Source: Alphaproteobacteria bacterium (GTDB lineage Bacteria; Pseudomonadota; Alphaproteobacteria; SP197). From it: 64,000 bases of DNA. The stretch covers positions 832,001 through 896,000 of the forward strand of contig OZ219918.1 in assembly GCA_964291415.2 (NCBI GenBank), given 5' to 3'. This document shows positions 13,759 to 27,550 of the stretch, piece by piece (position 1 is the first letter of the stretch; each line of letters starts with the position of its first letter). Made by a program: the position numbers and the translations under genes. Under the pieces are notes generated by a model. That model did not search any database. It saw only the letters and a list, made by a program, of their open reading frames with translations, and was not told where the DNA came from.

Positions 13759-14649
13759 TCAGGTGCGGTCCTGGCGGACCTTCTCGACGAGGAAATCGCG
13801 GAAGGCGGCGATTCGTGCCGATCCTCTCTGTTCTTCGGGATAGACGATGTGGGCTGTCAGAACGGGGAGGGGGGCCTCGATATCGATCCTGACCTGCCGG
13901 TCAGTGCTGCGCAGAACGTAGTCGGGAAGAATGGCGATACCCAGACCGCTTTCCACGGCGTTGCGCATGCCAAGGACCGAGTTGACCGTCAGGGCGGGAT
14001 GGCGCTGGGGCCTGTCGACCCCGAATGAGCGGGGCAGCCATGCCGGGTTGACGAGATCCCGCAAGGGACCGTTGTCGTACATGATGATGCGGTGTTTCTC
14101 GAGATCCTTGAGGGATGCCGGTGTTCCCCACGCCTTGAGGTAGAGCGGCGAAGCGTAGAAGTTGAAATGGATGGTCTTCAGGCGGCGCTGGATGAGATCC
14201 GGTTGAGTCGGCCGGAAGAGGCGAATGCCAACATCCGCCTCTCCCATGGAGAGATCGAGTTCGCCGTCGTCGATGAGGAGCGAGATCGAGATCTCCGGAT
14301 AGCGATCCATGAACTCGACGATTCTGGGCATCAGCCAGATCATCGCGAAGCCCGTCGTGGCGGTCACCGACAGGTGGCCGGCAGGCCGTTTCTTGCTGTC
14401 GGCGAGCTTGGACTCGACCATGGCGACCTTGCCGAACACCTCACGGGCCGTGGCATAGAGCAGGTCTCCCTGTTCGGTCACCAGGAGTCCGCGGGCATGG
14501 CGGTGAAACAGCTCGACGCCCAGTTCGTTCTCGAGGGCGGCAATCTGTCGGCTGATGGCCGATTGGCTCAGATTGAGCTGTCGGCCTGCCCTGGTGAAGC
14601 TGCCCGCTTCCGCCACATGGAAGAAGACCCGCAGGCGATCCCAGTCCAT
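13759..14649 (-). CDS. LysR family transcriptional regulator
   Basis: MDWDRLRVF...GSFTRAG..LNLSQSAISRQI HTH. Confidence 0.93.
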   Translation of the reverse strand: MDWDRLRVFFHVAEAGSFTRAGRQLNLSQSAISRQIAALENELGVELFHRHARGLLVTEQGDLLYATAREVFGKVAMVESKLADSKKRPAGHLSVTATTGFAMIWLMPRIVEFMDRYPEISISLLIDDGELDLSMGEADVGIRLFRPTQPDLIQRRLKTIHFNFYASPLYLKAWGTPASLKDLEKHRIIMYDNGPLRDLVNPAWLPRSFGVDRPQRHPALTVNSVLGMRNAVESGLGIAILPDYVLRSTDRQVRIDIEAPLPVLTAHIVYPEEQRGSARIAAFRDFLVEKVRQDRT

Positions 14650-14664
14650 CCCGGCCTCATCCGC

Positions 14665-15633
14665 CTACTCGGCAGCCTCACGACGGTCCGCCGCCAGATG
14701 GGCGAGGTACTTTTCCGCCTCCAGAGCTGCCATGCAGCCGGTGCCGGCCGCCGTGACCGCCTGGCGGTAGACCTTGTCCTGCACATCTCCGGCGGCGAAG
14801 ACACCGGGAATGGCCGTGGCCGTGCTGTCGGGCGCCGTTACGAGATAGCCCTCGTCATCCATGTCGAGAACCCCGGCGAAAATCCCGGTGTTGGGCCGGT
14901 GGCCGATGGCGATGAAGACTCCGTCGAGAACGAGGTCGTGTTCCTTGCCGGTGGCAACATTCCTCACCCTGGCGCCGGTCACGCCAGGTGGTTCACTGGT
15001 ACCCAGAACCTCGCTCAGCACGGTGTTCCACAGGATCTCGATACGTGGATGGCGGAACAGTCTCTCCTGCAGGATCCGCTCGGCGCGCAGTTCATCGCGC
15101 CGGTGGATCAACCGCACCCGGGCGGCCAGCTGGGCAAGATAGAGCGCCTCCTCGACGGCGGTGTTGCCCCCGCCGACGACACACACTTCCTTCTCCCTGA
15201 AGAAGAAGCCATCGCAGGTGGCGCAGGCCGAGACCCCGAATCCCTGAAACCGCGCCTCGCTCTCCAGACCCAGCCACTTGGCCTCGGCGCCGGTGGCGAT
15301 GATGACCGCATCTGCGGTGCGAATGTCCCCGGAGTCTCCTGCGACAACGAAGGGACGGCGGGAGAAATCGACCCCGGCGACAAGGTCATTGACCATTTCG
15401 GTGCCCACCGCACGGGCCTGGTCGGTCATCTGCTCCATCAGCCAGGGACCTTGCACGACATCCGCAAATCCCGGGTAGTTCTCGACGTCCGTGGTGATGG
15501 TCATCTGCCCGCCAGGCTGAATTCCGTGAAGCAGAACCGGTTCGAGACCAGCCCGGGCCGCATAGATGGCGGCCGTCAGGCCGGCAGGACCTGAACCCAT
15601 GATGAGCACCCTGGCGTGCTGGTGTTCCGGCAT
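14665..15633 (-). CDS. trxB: thioredoxin-disulfide reductase
   Basis: GSGPAG, CATCDG, GGGNTA, YRQAVTAAG. Confidence 0.95.
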   Translation of the reverse strand: MPEHQHARVLIMGSGPAGLTAAIYAARAGLEPVLLHGIQPGGQMTITTDVENYPGFADVVQGPWLMEQMTDQARAVGTEMVNDLVAGVDFSRRPFVVAGDSGDIRTADAVIIATGAEAKWLGLESEARFQGFGVSACATCDGFFFREKEVCVVGGGNTAVEEALYLAQLAARVRLIHRRDELRAERILQERLFRHPRIEILWNTVLSEVLGTSEPPGVTGARVRNVATGKEHDLVLDGVFIAIGHRPNTGIFAGVLDMDDEGYLVTAPDSTATAIPGVFAAGDVQDKVYRQAVTAAGTGCMAALEAEKYLAHLAADRREAAE

Positions 15634-15770
15634 GGCGTTCCATCCGGGAATTGCGGTCACCGACAATCTAGTAAAGGGCGCCGCGGCGTGAAAGACATGA
15701 GGCAAAGATTGGGGTGGACAGTCTCATCCTCACCCTTGCCACGCACGCTGCAAGGGACAATATTACGGTC

Positions 15771-16124
15771 ATGGACGATTCGGACACCAAAGACGAAGGC
15801 TTCCGCACGGCAAGATTCTGCATCGGTGACGTTGTCAGGCACCGGCACTATCCGTTTCGCGGCGTGATCTACGATGTCGACCCGGTCTATGCCAACACCG
15901 AGGAATGGTGGCTCTCCATTCCCGAGGACGTGCGTCCCTCCAAGGATCAGCCGTTCTATCACCTGCTGGCCGAGAACGAGGAGTCTACGTATGTCGCCTA
16001 CGTCTCTGAACAGAACCTGGTGACAGACGAGAGCGGCCTGCCGGTATCGCACCCCCATGTGTCACTGATGTTCGCCGGTCCTAAGAACGGCCGCTACATT
16101 CCAACGGCGATCCAGGAAAACTGA
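15771..16124 (+). CDS. hspQ: heat shock protein HspQ
   Basis: FCIGDVVRHR, DQPFYHLLAEN, AYVSEQNL. Confidence 0.9.
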   Translation: MDDSDTKDEGFRTARFCIGDVVRHRHYPFRGVIYDVDPVYANTEEWWLSIPEDVRPSKDQPFYHLLAENEESTYVAYVSEQNLVTDESGLPVSHPHVSLMFAGPKNGRYIPTAIQEN

Positions 16125-17070
16125 AACGCTGCCCCAGGCGATCCCTGATCCGTTGCGCCACCCAGGTGGCGTCATCGAGCACCACGGGTTGCCAGGAGGG
16201 ATCGAGCGCGCCGTCGAAGTTCCTTGCGTGCCCACCTCGCTTCAACGCCTCGTGAAATCGCGTGAACTTTGCCGAGCCTCCCGGCAGCGGAGCGATGTAC
16301 ACCGGCTTGCCGCTGATACAGGCTTCCGTGGCCATGTTCACGGAATCGGATGTCACGACGATGGCATCGGCGAGACCGAGCCAGCCTTCATAAGGATTGC
16401 TACCCCTGCCTTGCCAGGTGATGGAGCACGCCGGATCGAGTTCCTTCATCAGGGCGTCGGCGGCTTCCGGCGGGGTGCGCCGTGAGACTGTGACCATGAG
16501 CCCTCCCTGCAGCGCAGCAAGTCGCCGGCCGAGATCACGGGCGTCGGTGCGCGTGAACCGGTAGACCCGGTTGGGACCGCCGATGGCGGCAAGGATCAGG
16601 GGGCGCGGGAGGTGGGCGACCTCTCCCGCGTGGCGGCCGGCCGCTTCGTCAAGGGCGCATCGAGTCAGGCCGTGAAGCGAGCCGGTTGTGGCGATGACAT
16701 TGGCGCCCTTCACGCGGTCGTGACGGGGTGCAATGACGAGGTCGAAGTTGGCCGGGCTGATGGTGGGGTTCTGGATATGGATGGTGACGGTGCGGCCTCC
16801 GGACTTCCGGCGGATGGCGGCCGTCGGCGCCGCGGACTTGCGGCCGCTGGCGATCACCAGATGCGGCCAGGGAGGGCTGAGCCGATCCCCTCTTGGCGAC
16901 AGCGCGGACAGTGGCGCGGGCCAGAATGCAGGAGGAAGCGCCCTCCAGGGATGGCGGATGACGATCGTGCGGCGGTCGGGCTCGAGCCCGAGCCGCCTGG
17001 CAAGTCCGTCGCACTGGCGTACCAGGCCGGCAGCGCCGTCGGTCACGATCCAGGAACGAATGGCATTCAC
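16081..17070 (-). CDS. ELM1/GtrOC1-family protein
   Basis: [38 protein letters not shown]. Confidence 0.85.
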   Translation of the reverse strand: MNAIRSWIVTDGAAGLVRQCDGLARRLGLEPDRRTIVIRHPWRALPPAFWPAPLSALSPRGDRLSPPWPHLVIASGRKSAAPTAAIRRKSGGRTVTIHIQNPTISPANFDLVIAPRHDRVKGANVIATTGSLHGLTRCALDEAAGRHAGEVAHLPRPLILAAIGGPNRVYRFTRTDARDLGRRLAALQGGLMVTVSRRTPPEAADALMKELDPACSITWQGRGSNPYEGWLGLADAIVVTSDSVNMATEACISGKPVYIAPLPGGSAKFTRFHEALKRGGHARNFDGALDPSWQPVVLDDATWVAQRIRDRLGQRFSFPGSPLECSGRS

Positions 17071-20000
17071 CGAGCACTACCGGCGTAGGCCTGAAGCGGC
17101 TTCACATCGAGATCGCCGGCCTTGAGAGCGGCAATGGCCTCGATCACCGCCCGGGCCCCGGGAATCGTCGTGACGTACGGCACCTTCTTCATCAGGGCGG
17201 TGCGCCGCAGGCTGAAGCTGTCCGTGATCGACTTCGATCCCTCGGTGGTGTTGATCAGAAGATCGATGCTGTCGTTCTTGAGGGCATCGACAATGTGTGG
17301 CGATCCCTGGAGAACCTTGTTGATGCATTCGACCTTGAGGCCGGCCGCAGTCATCTCGCGCGCCGTGCCGCGGGTGGCGATGAGTTGAAATCCCATGTCG
17401 GCAAGCCGCCTGCCCAGCGTGACGGCGTGCGGCTTGTCGCGATCGCGCACCGAGATGAAGACACAGCCCCGGCAGGGAAGGGCGCCACCGGCCGCCAGTT
17501 GCGCCTTGGCAAACGCGTGTCCGAAATCGCCGTCGAGACCCATCACCTCGCCGGTTGATTTCATCTCCGGGCCCAGAATGACGTCCACTCCGGGAAATCG
17601 GGTGAAGGGGAACACCGCCTCCTTGATGGCGATGTGTGTGACCTCCGGCCGGCTGAGACGGAAAGATCCGAGAGACTCTCCTGCCATGACTCGTGCGGCA
17701 ATCTTGGCGATCGGAACGCCAATGGCCTTGGCGACGAAGGGAACGGTGCGGCTGGCGCGGGGGTTGACCTCCAGAACGAGGATCTTGCCTTCCTTCACGG
17801 CGAACTGGACGTTGATCAGTCCCACTGTTCCCAGTTCCAGCGCCAGGGCCTCTGTCTGCTTCGTCAGGCCTTCGATGATGTCTTCTCCCAGGGAGTAGGG
17901 AGGAAGCGAGCACGCCGAGTCGCCCGAATGGACTCCGGCCTCCTCGATATGTTCCATGATCCCGGCAACGAAGACATCCCTGCCGTCCGACAGTGCATCG
18001 ACATCCACTTCGACGGCATCCTGGAGAAAGCGATCGACCAGAATGGGGTGATCTCCCGATACGCTCACAGAGCGCTCCACGTAGACCGCCAGGGCATCAT
18101 CGTCGTGGACGATTTCCATGGCCCTTCCACCCAGCACGTAGCTCGGCCGCACGACGACGGGATAGCCGATACGCCCGGTGATCCGCAGGGCTTCGTCGAG
18201 CGACCGGCAGGTTCCGTTGGCCGGTTGCCTGAGGCCGAGATCATGAAGCAGGGCCTGGAAGCGCTTGCGGTCCTCCGCACGATCGATGGCGTCGGGCGAG
18301 GTGCCGATGATGGGAATGTTCTCCTCTTCGAGTGCCCGCGCCAAGCCGAGCGGTGTCTGGCCACCAAACTGGACGATGACGCCGATGAGGGTCCCCCTCG
18401 CCATTTCGGTGCGGGCGATCGCCACGACGTCCTCGACGGTCAACGGCTCGAAGTAGAGGCGGTCGGAGGTGTCGTAGTCCGTCGAGACGGTCTCGGGATT
18501 GCAGTTGACCATAATGGTCTCGATCCCGGCCTCCTTCAGACCGTAGCACGCGTGGACGCAGCAATAGTCGAACTCGATTCCCTGTCCGATCCGGTTGGGA
18601 CCGCCCCCAAGGATGATCACCTTCCTGTTGTCGCTGACGTCCGATTCGTCTTCCGCCGGGACGATGCCGTCGCCTTCGTAGCAGCCATACATGTAGGACG
18701 TGCTCGCCGGAAACTCGGCGGCACAGGTATCGATCCTCTTGAACACCGGCGTCACGGCGAGATGTTCCCGTCTGGCCCTGACGCCGCGTTCCGTCATTCC
18801 GGCGAGGGCAGCCAGCCGGCGGTCCGAGAACCCGAGTTTCTTGATTTCGAGGAACTCCCGCGCGTCTTCAGGGAGGCCATTCCTCGCCACCGTTGCCTCG
18901 GCCTCGACGATGCGGCGGATCTGGCCCAGGAACCAGGGGTCATAGCGGGTGATGTCGTGAATGGTGCCATCGTCGAGACCGCGACGCATCGCTTCGGCGA
19001 TGGCGAGCAGGCGGTCGGGAGAAGGACGCGCCAGACGGGCGACGATGCCGTCCTTCGACGTGTCGTCAAGGATCACCGGATCGAGGCCCGTGAGACCGGT
19101 TTCCATGGAGCGCAGCGCCTTTTGCAGAGCTTCCGGAAACGACCGGCCGATTGCCATCACCTCGCCAACGGACTTCATGGATGTGGTGAGCTCGGCCTGT
19201 GTCCCGGGAAACTTCTCGAAGGTGAAGCGCGGTATCTTGACGACGCAGTAGTCGATGGTCGGCTCGAAGCTCGCAGGCGTCACGCGCGTGATGTCGTTGC
19301 GCACCTCGTCGAGGGTGTAGCCGACGGCAAGTTTGGCGGCGACCTTGGCGATGGGAAATCCGGTCGCCTTCGAAGCCAGCGCCGACGACCGCGACACGCG
19401 CGGATTCATTTCAACCACGATCATGCGGCCGTCTGCCGGGTTGATGGCGAACTGGACGTTGGAGCCGCCGGTGTCGACACCGATCTCCCGCAGCACGGCG
19501 ATCGAGGCGTCGCGCATGACCTGGAACTCCTTGTCGGTCAGCGTCAGTGTCGGCGCCACAGTCACGCTGTCGCCGGTGTGGATTCCCATCGGATCGATAT
19601 TCTCGATGGAGCACACGATGATGCAGTTGTCGGCGCGGTCGCGCACGACCTCCATCTCGTATTCCTTCCAGCCAAGGATCGACTCTTCGATCAGGACCTC
19701 GCTGGTCGGGCTCGCCTCGAGTCCCCGGCGGACGATGTCCGAGAACTCCTCGCGGTTGTAGGCGATGCCGCCGCCTGTGCCGCCGAGCGTGAAGCTCGGT
19801 CGGATGATGGCGGGCAGTCCGACGTCCTCGAGGGCTTCAAAGGCCTGATCGAGCGAATGGGCGAGGACGCTGCGGGCGCATTCGAGGCCGATGCGGTTCA
19901 TCGCATCGCGGAAGAGCTCCCGGTCCTCGGCCTTGTCGATCGCCTCCCTGGAGGCGCCGATCAGTTCCGTGCCACAGGCATCGAGGACTCCCATGCGGGC

Positions 20001-20306
20001 GAGACTCAGCGCCGTGTTGAGGGCCGTCTGCCCCCCCATCGTCGGCAGCAGTGCGTCGGGGCGCTCCCTCTCGATGATGCGGGCGACGATCTCCGGAGTC
20101 ACCGGTTCGACGTATGTGGCGTCCGCCATCGCGGGGTCGGTCATGATGGTCGCCGGGTTCGAGTTGACCAGGATGACGCGGTATCCCTCGTCCTTGAGGG
20201 CCTTGACGGCCTGTGTGCCCGAATAATCGAACTCGCACGCCTGGCCGATGATGATCGGTCCGGCACCGATGATCAGGATTGACTCGATGTCAGTGCGCGC
20301 TGGCAT
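17067..20306 (-). CDS. carB: carbamoyl-phosphate synthase large subunit
   Basis: [27 protein letters not shown], two ATP-grasp domains, 1079 aa. Confidence 0.98.
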   Translation of the reverse strand: MPARTDIESILIIGAGPIIIGQACEFDYSGTQAVKALKDEGYRVILVNSNPATIMTDPAMADATYVEPVTPEIVARIIERERPDALLPTMGGQTALNTALSLARMGVLDACGTELIGASREAIDKAEDRELFRDAMNRIGLECARSVLAHSLDQAFEALEDVGLPAIIRPSFTLGGTGGGIAYNREEFSDIVRRGLEASPTSEVLIEESILGWKEYEMEVVRDRADNCIIVCSIENIDPMGIHTGDSVTVAPTLTLTDKEFQVMRDASIAVLREIGVDTGGSNVQFAINPADGRMIVVEMNPRVSRSSALASKATGFPIAKVAAKLAVGYTLDEVRNDITRVTPASFEPTIDYCVVKIPRFTFEKFPGTQAELTTSMKSVGEVMAIGRSFPEALQKALRSMETGLTGLDPVILDDTSKDGIVARLARPSPDRLLAIAEAMRRGLDDGTIHDITRYDPWFLGQIRRIVEAEATVARNGLPEDAREFLEIKKLGFSDRRLAALAGMTERGVRARREHLAVTPVFKRIDTCAAEFPASTSYMYGCYEGDGIVPAEDESDVSDNRKVIILGGGPNRIGQGIEFDYCCVHACYGLKEAGIETIMVNCNPETVSTDYDTSDRLYFEPLTVEDVVAIARTEMARGTLIGVIVQFGGQTPLGLARALEEENIPIIGTSPDAIDRAEDRKRFQALLHDLGLRQPANGTCRSLDEALRITGRIGYPVVVRPSYVLGGRAMEIVHDDDALAVYVERSVSVSGDHPILVDRFLQDAVEVDVDALSDGRDVFVAGIMEHIEEAGVHSGDSACSLPPYSLGEDIIEGLTKQTEALALELGTVGLINVQFAVKEGKILVLEVNPRASRTVPFVAKAIGVPIAKIAARVMAGESLGSFRLSRPEVTHIAIKEAVFPFTRFPGVDVILGPEMKSTGEVMGLDGDFGHAFAKAQLAAGGALPCRGCVFISVRDRDKPHAVTLGRRLADMGFQLIATRGTAREMTAAGLKVECINKVLQGSPHIVDALKNDSIDLLINTTEGSKSITDSFSLRRTALMKKVPYVTTIPGARAVIEAIAALKAGDLDVKPLQAYAGSAR

Positions 20307-21453
20307 GGTTCTCCATGGCCTTGATGAAAGACCGGAAGAGGTAGCGGCTGTCCTGTGGTCCGGGACTCGCCTCGGGATGGTACTGGACGGAAAAGACGGG
20401 CTTTTCCCTGATCCTGAAGCCGGCCAGAGTACCGTCGAAGAGTGACACGTGGGTGATCACGGCATTGTCGGGGAGACTGTCGGGGTCGACGACAAATCCG
20501 TGGTTCTGGCAGGTGATCTCCACCCCGCCGGTTTCCAGGTTTCTCACAGGGTGGTTGGCGCCGCGGTGACCGTTCACCATCTTCAGTGTCCGCGCACCCA
20601 GCGCCAGTGCCAGCAGCTGGTGCCCCAGACAGATCCCGAAGACCGGTTTTCCCGTTTCCAGGAGATCGCGGATTATCGGCACCGCCCACGTTCCGGTGGC
20701 GGCGGGATCACCTGGCCCGTTGGAAAGAAAGATGCCATCGGGGCGATGGCGCATGATGTCGGCAATGGCGGAAGTCGCCGGCACGACAGTCACACGGCAG
20801 CCCAGGGAAACGAGGTGGCGCAGGATGTTCCGCTTGACCCCGTAGTCCACCGCGACGACATGGCGACGCGGCGACGGTCCGGCGGCATGGCCATGCTGGA
20901 GCGACCAGGTGCCCTCGGTCCAGGTATAGGTCTGCCGGCAGGTGACTTCGCGGGCGAGATCCATGCCTTCGAGTCCCGGCCAGGCGGCAAGTTCGCCGGC
21001 GAGCCCGGGGCAATCGATGGTGCCGTGATCGATGCCGGCCGTCTGGAACCCGCGAGATCGCACCAGCCGGGTCAGGCGGCGCGTGTCAATTCCGGTGATG
21101 CCGACGAGATTGTTGGCACGCAGCCATCCGTCAAAATGGCCGCTGGCGCGAAAGCTCGAGGGATCGGTAATCGCATCGCGGATCACGATACCGCGAGCCG
21201 CCGGTGTCTGCGCCTCGATATCCTCGCCGTTGGCGCCGGTGTTTCCGATATGGGGAAAGGTGAAGGTGATGATTTGCCCGGCGTACGAGGGATCCGTCAC
21301 GATCTCCTGATAGCCGGTCATTGCGGTATTGAAACACAGTTCGCCAATGGCACGCCCGGTGGCGCCGATTCCGTGACCCCAGAACACCGAACCATCCGCG
21401 AGCATGATGCACGCCGTGGCCCACGGCGGCGGCTGTGAAACGCATGGGGACAT
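20290..21453 (-). CDS. carA: carbamoyl-phosphate synthase small subunit
   Basis: [34 protein letters not shown]. Confidence 0.97.
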   Translation of the reverse strand: MSPCVSQPPPWATACIMLADGSVFWGHGIGATGRAIGELCFNTAMTGYQEIVTDPSYAGQIITFTFPHIGNTGANGEDIEAQTPAARGIVIRDAITDPSSFRASGHFDGWLRANNLVGITGIDTRRLTRLVRSRGFQTAGIDHGTIDCPGLAGELAAWPGLEGMDLAREVTCRQTYTWTEGTWSLQHGHAAGPSPRRHVVAVDYGVKRNILRHLVSLGCRVTVVPATSAIADIMRHRPDGIFLSNGPGDPAATGTWAVPIIRDLLETGKPVFGICLGHQLLALALGARTLKMVNGHRGANHPVRNLETGGVEITCQNHGFVVDPDSLPDNAVITHVSLFDGTLAGFRIREKPVFSVQYHPEASPGPQDSRYLFRSFIKAMENHASAH

Positions 21454-21663
21454 GGAAACCGGCCAAGGAGTGACGTTGCCGGACTATAGGGATGCACGGT
21501 CGCGGGGTCAAGAGCCCAATGGGGAATAAACGTCCCATTATCATGCCGTTGGAATCTATCCACCGGCGTTGGATGGAGGCCGCGCGAGGGAAACGACTCG
21601 CCCTTGGCGGCAATCTGATGTAAGGCTCGGTCACGTTGCAACCAGGTGGTCAAGATCGGCGCG

Positions 21664-22122
21664 ATGTCCATCAGGCAGGAGATCTCGGGAGCGCTCAGAC
21701 AGGCGGTCAAGACCCAGGACCGGCTTGCGACGTCGACGTTGAGACTCGTCATCGCTGCCCTCAAGGATCACGAGATCGCGTCACGCGCCAACGGTGTCAG
21801 CCAAATGGTGAGCGACGAGCAGGCGATCGGCATTCTGGCCAAGATGGTGCGCCAGCGACGGGAGGCGGCCGAGCAGTTCCGCAAGGGAAACCGGACGGAC
21901 CTGGCGGACCGGGAGGAAGTGGAGATCTCAATCATCACACGTTTCATGCCGCGTCCGATGGACCCGGAAGAGCTGGCCCGTTGCGTTGACGCCGCCATCG
22001 TCGAGTGTGATGCCTTGAGCCTCAAGGACATGGGCCGGGTCATGGCCTTGCTCAAGACGTCCTATCCAGGACGCTTCGACGGCGCTGCCGCGAGCGCCCT
22101 GGTCAGGAAACGGCTCGGCTGA
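21664..22122 (+). CDS. GatB/YqeY domain protein
   Basis: STLRLVIAALKD, KMVRQRRE, KDMGRVM; upstream of dnaG. Confidence 0.9.
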   Translation: MSIRQEISGALRQAVKTQDRLATSTLRLVIAALKDHEIASRANGVSQMVSDEQAIGILAKMVRQRREAAEQFRKGNRTDLADREEVEISIITRFMPRPMDPEELARCVDAAIVECDALSLKDMGRVMALLKTSYPGRFDGAAASALVRKRLG

Positions 22123-22130
22123 GGGGGGCC

Positions 22131-24005
22131 ATGGTGCTGTTCACCCCGGAATTCCTGGACGAGATCAGGGCGCGCATACTCCTGTCCGAGGTCATAGGAT
22201 CCAGCGTCCGTCTGGAGCGCCGTGGCAGCGAGTATGTCGGATTGTGTCCCTTCCATCAGGAAAAGTCCCCGTCCTTCACGGTCACGGATTCCAAGGGTTT
22301 CTATCATTGCTTCGGCTGCGGAGCGCACGGCGATGTCATCCGCTACGTGGTGGAAACCGAGAACCTCACGTTTCCCGAGGCAGTGGAGCGGCTTGCCGGA
22401 CGCGCCGGTCTCGCGATGCCCGAGCGCAGTCCGGAGCAGCGGGAGCGCTATCGCCGCGCCGCAACCCTCCACGATGTCCTGGAGGAGGCCAGCCGCTGGT
22501 TTGAGAGCCAGTTGGCCGGCAGCACCGGGAACCGGGCCCGCGCCTATCTTTCGGAACGCCGCGTCAGCGACGCCTCGCGCAAGCGGTTTCGTCTGGGATA
22601 CGCGCCGGACGAGCGCAATCGACTGATGCGTCATCTCGCCGGCAAGGGCATCTCGCGGGAACTGGTCATTGAGGCCGGTCTTGCCTACGTCGGCGACGGC
22701 GACCGCGAGCCGGTTGACCGCTTCCGTCACCGGTTGATCTTTCCCATCACCGACCGCAATGGCCGTGTCGCCGGATTTGGCGGCCGGGCCATGGGCCACC
22801 AGAGGGCCAAGTACCTCAATTCGCCGGAAACACCGGTCTTTCACAAGGGCCACCTGCTCTACGGCTTCACCGAAGCGCGCAAGCCGGCGCACGATGCCGG
22901 AACGGTCGTTGTCGTCGAGGGTTACATGGATGCCATCGCCCTCGTCCAGGCGGGAATTCAGCACGTCGTCGCTCCCCTCGGGACCGCGCTGACGGAGGGC
23001 CACCTCGCCCTGTTGTGGAAGCTGGCGGATGAACCCGTGCTGTGTTTCGACGGCGACACGGCGGGATACTCCGCTGCCTGCCGCGCCATGGAGAGGGCGT
23101 TGCCCGTTCTCAGGGCGGGCAAGTCCCTGCGTTTCGTGCTGCTTGCCGACGGCATGGATCCCGACGACATCGTCAGGGTGCGCGGCACCGCGTCCATGCG
23201 CGACCTGATCGACCGGGCGATTCCCCTGATGGACATGCTCTGGCAGAGCCGCACCCGGGGACGGGCACTGGAGACCCCCGAACGCCGCGCCGGACTGGAA
23301 AGGGAGTTGATGAGCGTGGTCGCATCGATCTCCGACAGGGCCGTCGGCCACTACTATCGCGGCGAGATCAGCCAGCGGCTGAAGGCCGCCTTCGGTCCGC
23401 CGCGATACAGGGGCGATCGTCTGCGGCCGGGAGAGCGCCGCCGACTCGACCGCCGGAGGAGGGAGTCATGGACATACCACCGCGGTGTGGAAATGGTCCC
23501 GGGCAGCGTTCCCGGTGGCGGTCCGGCGGGTGACGCCCGTCTCGCCGAAAGTGCGCTTGTCGCCATTCCCTTCCTCAATCCGGGTCTTCTCGAGAGGATT
23601 GCCGAGCCCCTCTCAGAGGTGTCCTTTCTCGATTCGCGCCACGAAAAGCTGCAACAGTGCCTCATCGGGGCCAGCGAGGTTGATGGAGACCTTGACAACC
23701 GGACGATATCTGACCACCTGACAGCGGCAGGTCTCGATGATCTGATGAAGGATGTGGTCCAGGCGGGAAGCCTCTCCGGCCTGGTCATGGAGTCGGTTGG
23801 CGAGGCGGAAGATCTGTGGCGCCACGTCCACGATCTTCACAGCTGCCGCAATGTCCTGGGTCAGGAGATTCGTGCCGAGGCTGACGCTTGGGAGAACGAT
23901 CCCACGGCGCAGGCCTGGCAGCGGCTGGTGGCCAAGATCGAGGAGAGAGAGGGCTGGCAGGACAGGGTTCTCGCCGATGATGATGACGTCGAGGAAACTG
24001 GATGA
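22131..24005 (+). CDS. dnaG: DNA primase
   Basis: CPFH..CFGC zinc finger, KYLNSPET, VEGYMD, FDGD, DPDD. Confidence 0.97.
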   Translation: MVLFTPEFLDEIRARILLSEVIGSSVRLERRGSEYVGLCPFHQEKSPSFTVTDSKGFYHCFGCGAHGDVIRYVVETENLTFPEAVERLAGRAGLAMPERSPEQRERYRRAATLHDVLEEASRWFESQLAGSTGNRARAYLSERRVSDASRKRFRLGYAPDERNRLMRHLAGKGISRELVIEAGLAYVGDGDREPVDRFRHRLIFPITDRNGRVAGFGGRAMGHQRAKYLNSPETPVFHKGHLLYGFTEARKPAHDAGTVVVVEGYMDAIALVQAGIQHVVAPLGTALTEGHLALLWKLADEPVLCFDGDTAGYSAACRAMERALPVLRAGKSLRFVLLADGMDPDDIVRVRGTASMRDLIDRAIPLMDMLWQSRTRGRALETPERRAGLERELMSVVASISDRAVGHYYRGEISQRLKAAFGPPRYRGDRLRPGERRRLDRRRRESWTYHRGVEMVPGSVPGGGPAGDARLAESALVAIPFLNPGLLERIAEPLSEVSFLDSRHEKLQQCLIGASEVDGDLDNRTISDHLTAAGLDDLMKDVVQAGSLSGLVMESVGEAEDLWRHVHDLHSCRNVLGQEIRAEADAWENDPTAQAWQRLVAKIEEREGWQDRVLADDDDVEETG

Positions 24006-24100
24006 TTCCCTGAAGACTTGTACATCGGCGTCATCCGGCCAGGGTGCCGGTTCGTGGTATACTGTGCCGTTTCGGATTCGCGGCTAAGGAGATTTCAGAC

Positions 24101-26014
<1,914 letters not shown>

Positions 26015-26025
26015 AGAGCGGCACC

Positions 26026-26102
26026 GGGCCCGTAGCTCAACTGGTCAGAGCCGGCCGCTCATAACGGTCTGGTTGCAGGTTCGAGTCCTGCCGGGCCCAC
26101 CA
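26026..26102 (+). tRNA. tRNA-Ile2 (CAT anticodon, lysidine type)
   Basis: GGGCCCG acceptor stem, anticodon loop CTCATAA, GGTTCGAGTCC T-loop, encoded CCA; Ile2 rather than Met inferred from stem sequence and position after rpoD. Confidence 0.9.
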
Positions 26103-27513
26103 TCTTCCCCACGTCACGCCGATGTCCGGGAACCGCACCCCGAGCCAGCTGGGTGGTACACGCGGAAGCACGATGAACGTGGCGCAACACCCCTTGCCGT
26201 GGGAGTGCAACGAGAAGAACGGGATGTGGATGTCCTAGTCGAAGTGTCGACTCAGGAATCCTGCGATTTCGGTGAGGGACGCCTCGGCTTCCGGAATGCC
26301 TGGGTAGTACTCGAACACGTGCCACAGTCCTTCCCATACCCGCAACGTGGACTCGACACCGGACTCCCGCAGAACGCGATCCAGCCGCACACATCCGCTC
26401 AACATGAAATCGCGCGTGCCCGTGGTCAGCATGACGGGCGGAAAGCTGGCATCGAAAGGACCATTGATCGGCGAGAGTCCCGGGTCAGCCAGGTCAGCGC
26501 CGTCAGGAACAAGACAAGAATGAAAGAACTCCGCATCAGCGGCTCGCACAAAGGGATCCCGGTTTGCAAGGCCACTATCCCCAAAATCAGCCAGGTCCAC
26601 CGCAGGAGAAAGAAGGGCCAGCGCCCGGGGTTGAGGGCGATTGTCCGCCCGCAACCGATGTACAGCTGCGAGGGCCAGATTGCCACCGGCGGATTCGCCG
26701 CAAAGGCAGACACCGGGCGCATCCGCGAGGATCGATGCGATGACGTTGGTGCAAGCGTCAAGGGCGGCCGGGTACGGATACTCCGGAGCCAGAGGATACT
26801 CGGGAGCGATCACCCGTGCCCCCGTCTTCGCGGACAAACTTGCTGAGATCGGCAAATCTTCGAACGGACTGCCCAGCGCGAATCCACCGCCGAACAGATA
26901 CACGATCTGGCGATTCGAACGCCGCCGAGGCGGGTCAATCACCATGCACGCAACGTCCGAAATCACCCGTTCAGACAAGGTCACCCCGGTTTCCTTCACC
27001 GCAGCATTGCAGGCAGATTCGCAAGCCGCACGTGACGACTCGCGGATTTCGGAAACAGGCCTGCTCATGTCGCGGCCAGGTGTTTCTGCCGCTTGAGCTG
27101 CAAGCGCCCTGGCGGCCTCGCTGATCACGGCGACATTGTGCGGTTTCCTGGAACGTGGTTCCGTCATCCGGAGTTCTCCCCGCTATGCATCGCGATCCAG
27201 CAGCACGGACCCATTCAAGGTTTGTCACAGAGTGAGCGAATGTCCAGCACCGGAATGCCGGACCGACTCAATTCAATCCGGCGAAGCACACGTCGTCGAT
27301 CCTTGCACACAAGGAGGCGCCGGCCTCCCAGACCGTTGCGGAACAGGTGTTTCGAATGCAAACGCGCTTGGCGGGAGCCTTGTCGCGGCACGATCGCCCG
27401 CCCTTGTCAGGCGGGTCACAGGGGTGGTACATCTGCCCCGCTCGGTGCTGCAATAGGCCATTGAAATTGCGGGGTTCTTCAATTCGTCTTCGACGGTCCT
27501 GCCGGGCCCGCCA
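26085..27513. mobile_element. integrase-less islet bounded by tRNA 3'-end direct repeats
   Basis: GTCCTGCCGGGCCCACCA (26085-26102) vs GTCCTGCCGGGCCCGCCA (27496-27513); GGGTGGTACA at 26151-26160 and 27422-27431. Confidence 0.7.
26235..27167 (-). CDS. alpha/beta hydrolase (HSL-type esterase)
   Basis: FGGGF, PEYPLAPE, GESAGG, EGLWHVF. Confidence 0.88.
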   Translation of the reverse strand: MTEPRSRKPHNVAVISEAARALAAQAAETPGRDMSRPVSEIRESSRAACESACNAAVKETGVTLSERVISDVACMVIDPPRRRSNRQIVYLFGGGFALGSPFEDLPISASLSAKTGARVIAPEYPLAPEYPYPAALDACTNVIASILADAPGVCLCGESAGGNLALAAVHRLRADNRPQPRALALLSPAVDLADFGDSGLANRDPFVRAADAEFFHSCLVPDGADLADPGLSPINGPFDASFPPVMLTTGTRDFMLSGCVRLDRVLRESGVESTLRVWEGLWHVFEYYPGIPEAEASLTEIAGFLSRHFD

Positions 27514-27550
27514 GTCCACCCGTTCTTCCGGAGTTTCCCTCAACGCCATC

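Noticed and set aside
17634-20282. 882-aa + strand ORF and similar long ORFs (14092-15594, 24398-25969, 22062-23351, 58343-60019)
   Set aside because: Antisense shadows of real genes in high-GC DNA; no motifs
26026-26102. Calling the CAT tRNA as tRNA-Met/fMet
   Set aside because: Lacks the initiator C1:A72 mismatch and the three G-C anticodon-stem pairs; sequence and context fit Ile2, though elongator Met is not fully excluded
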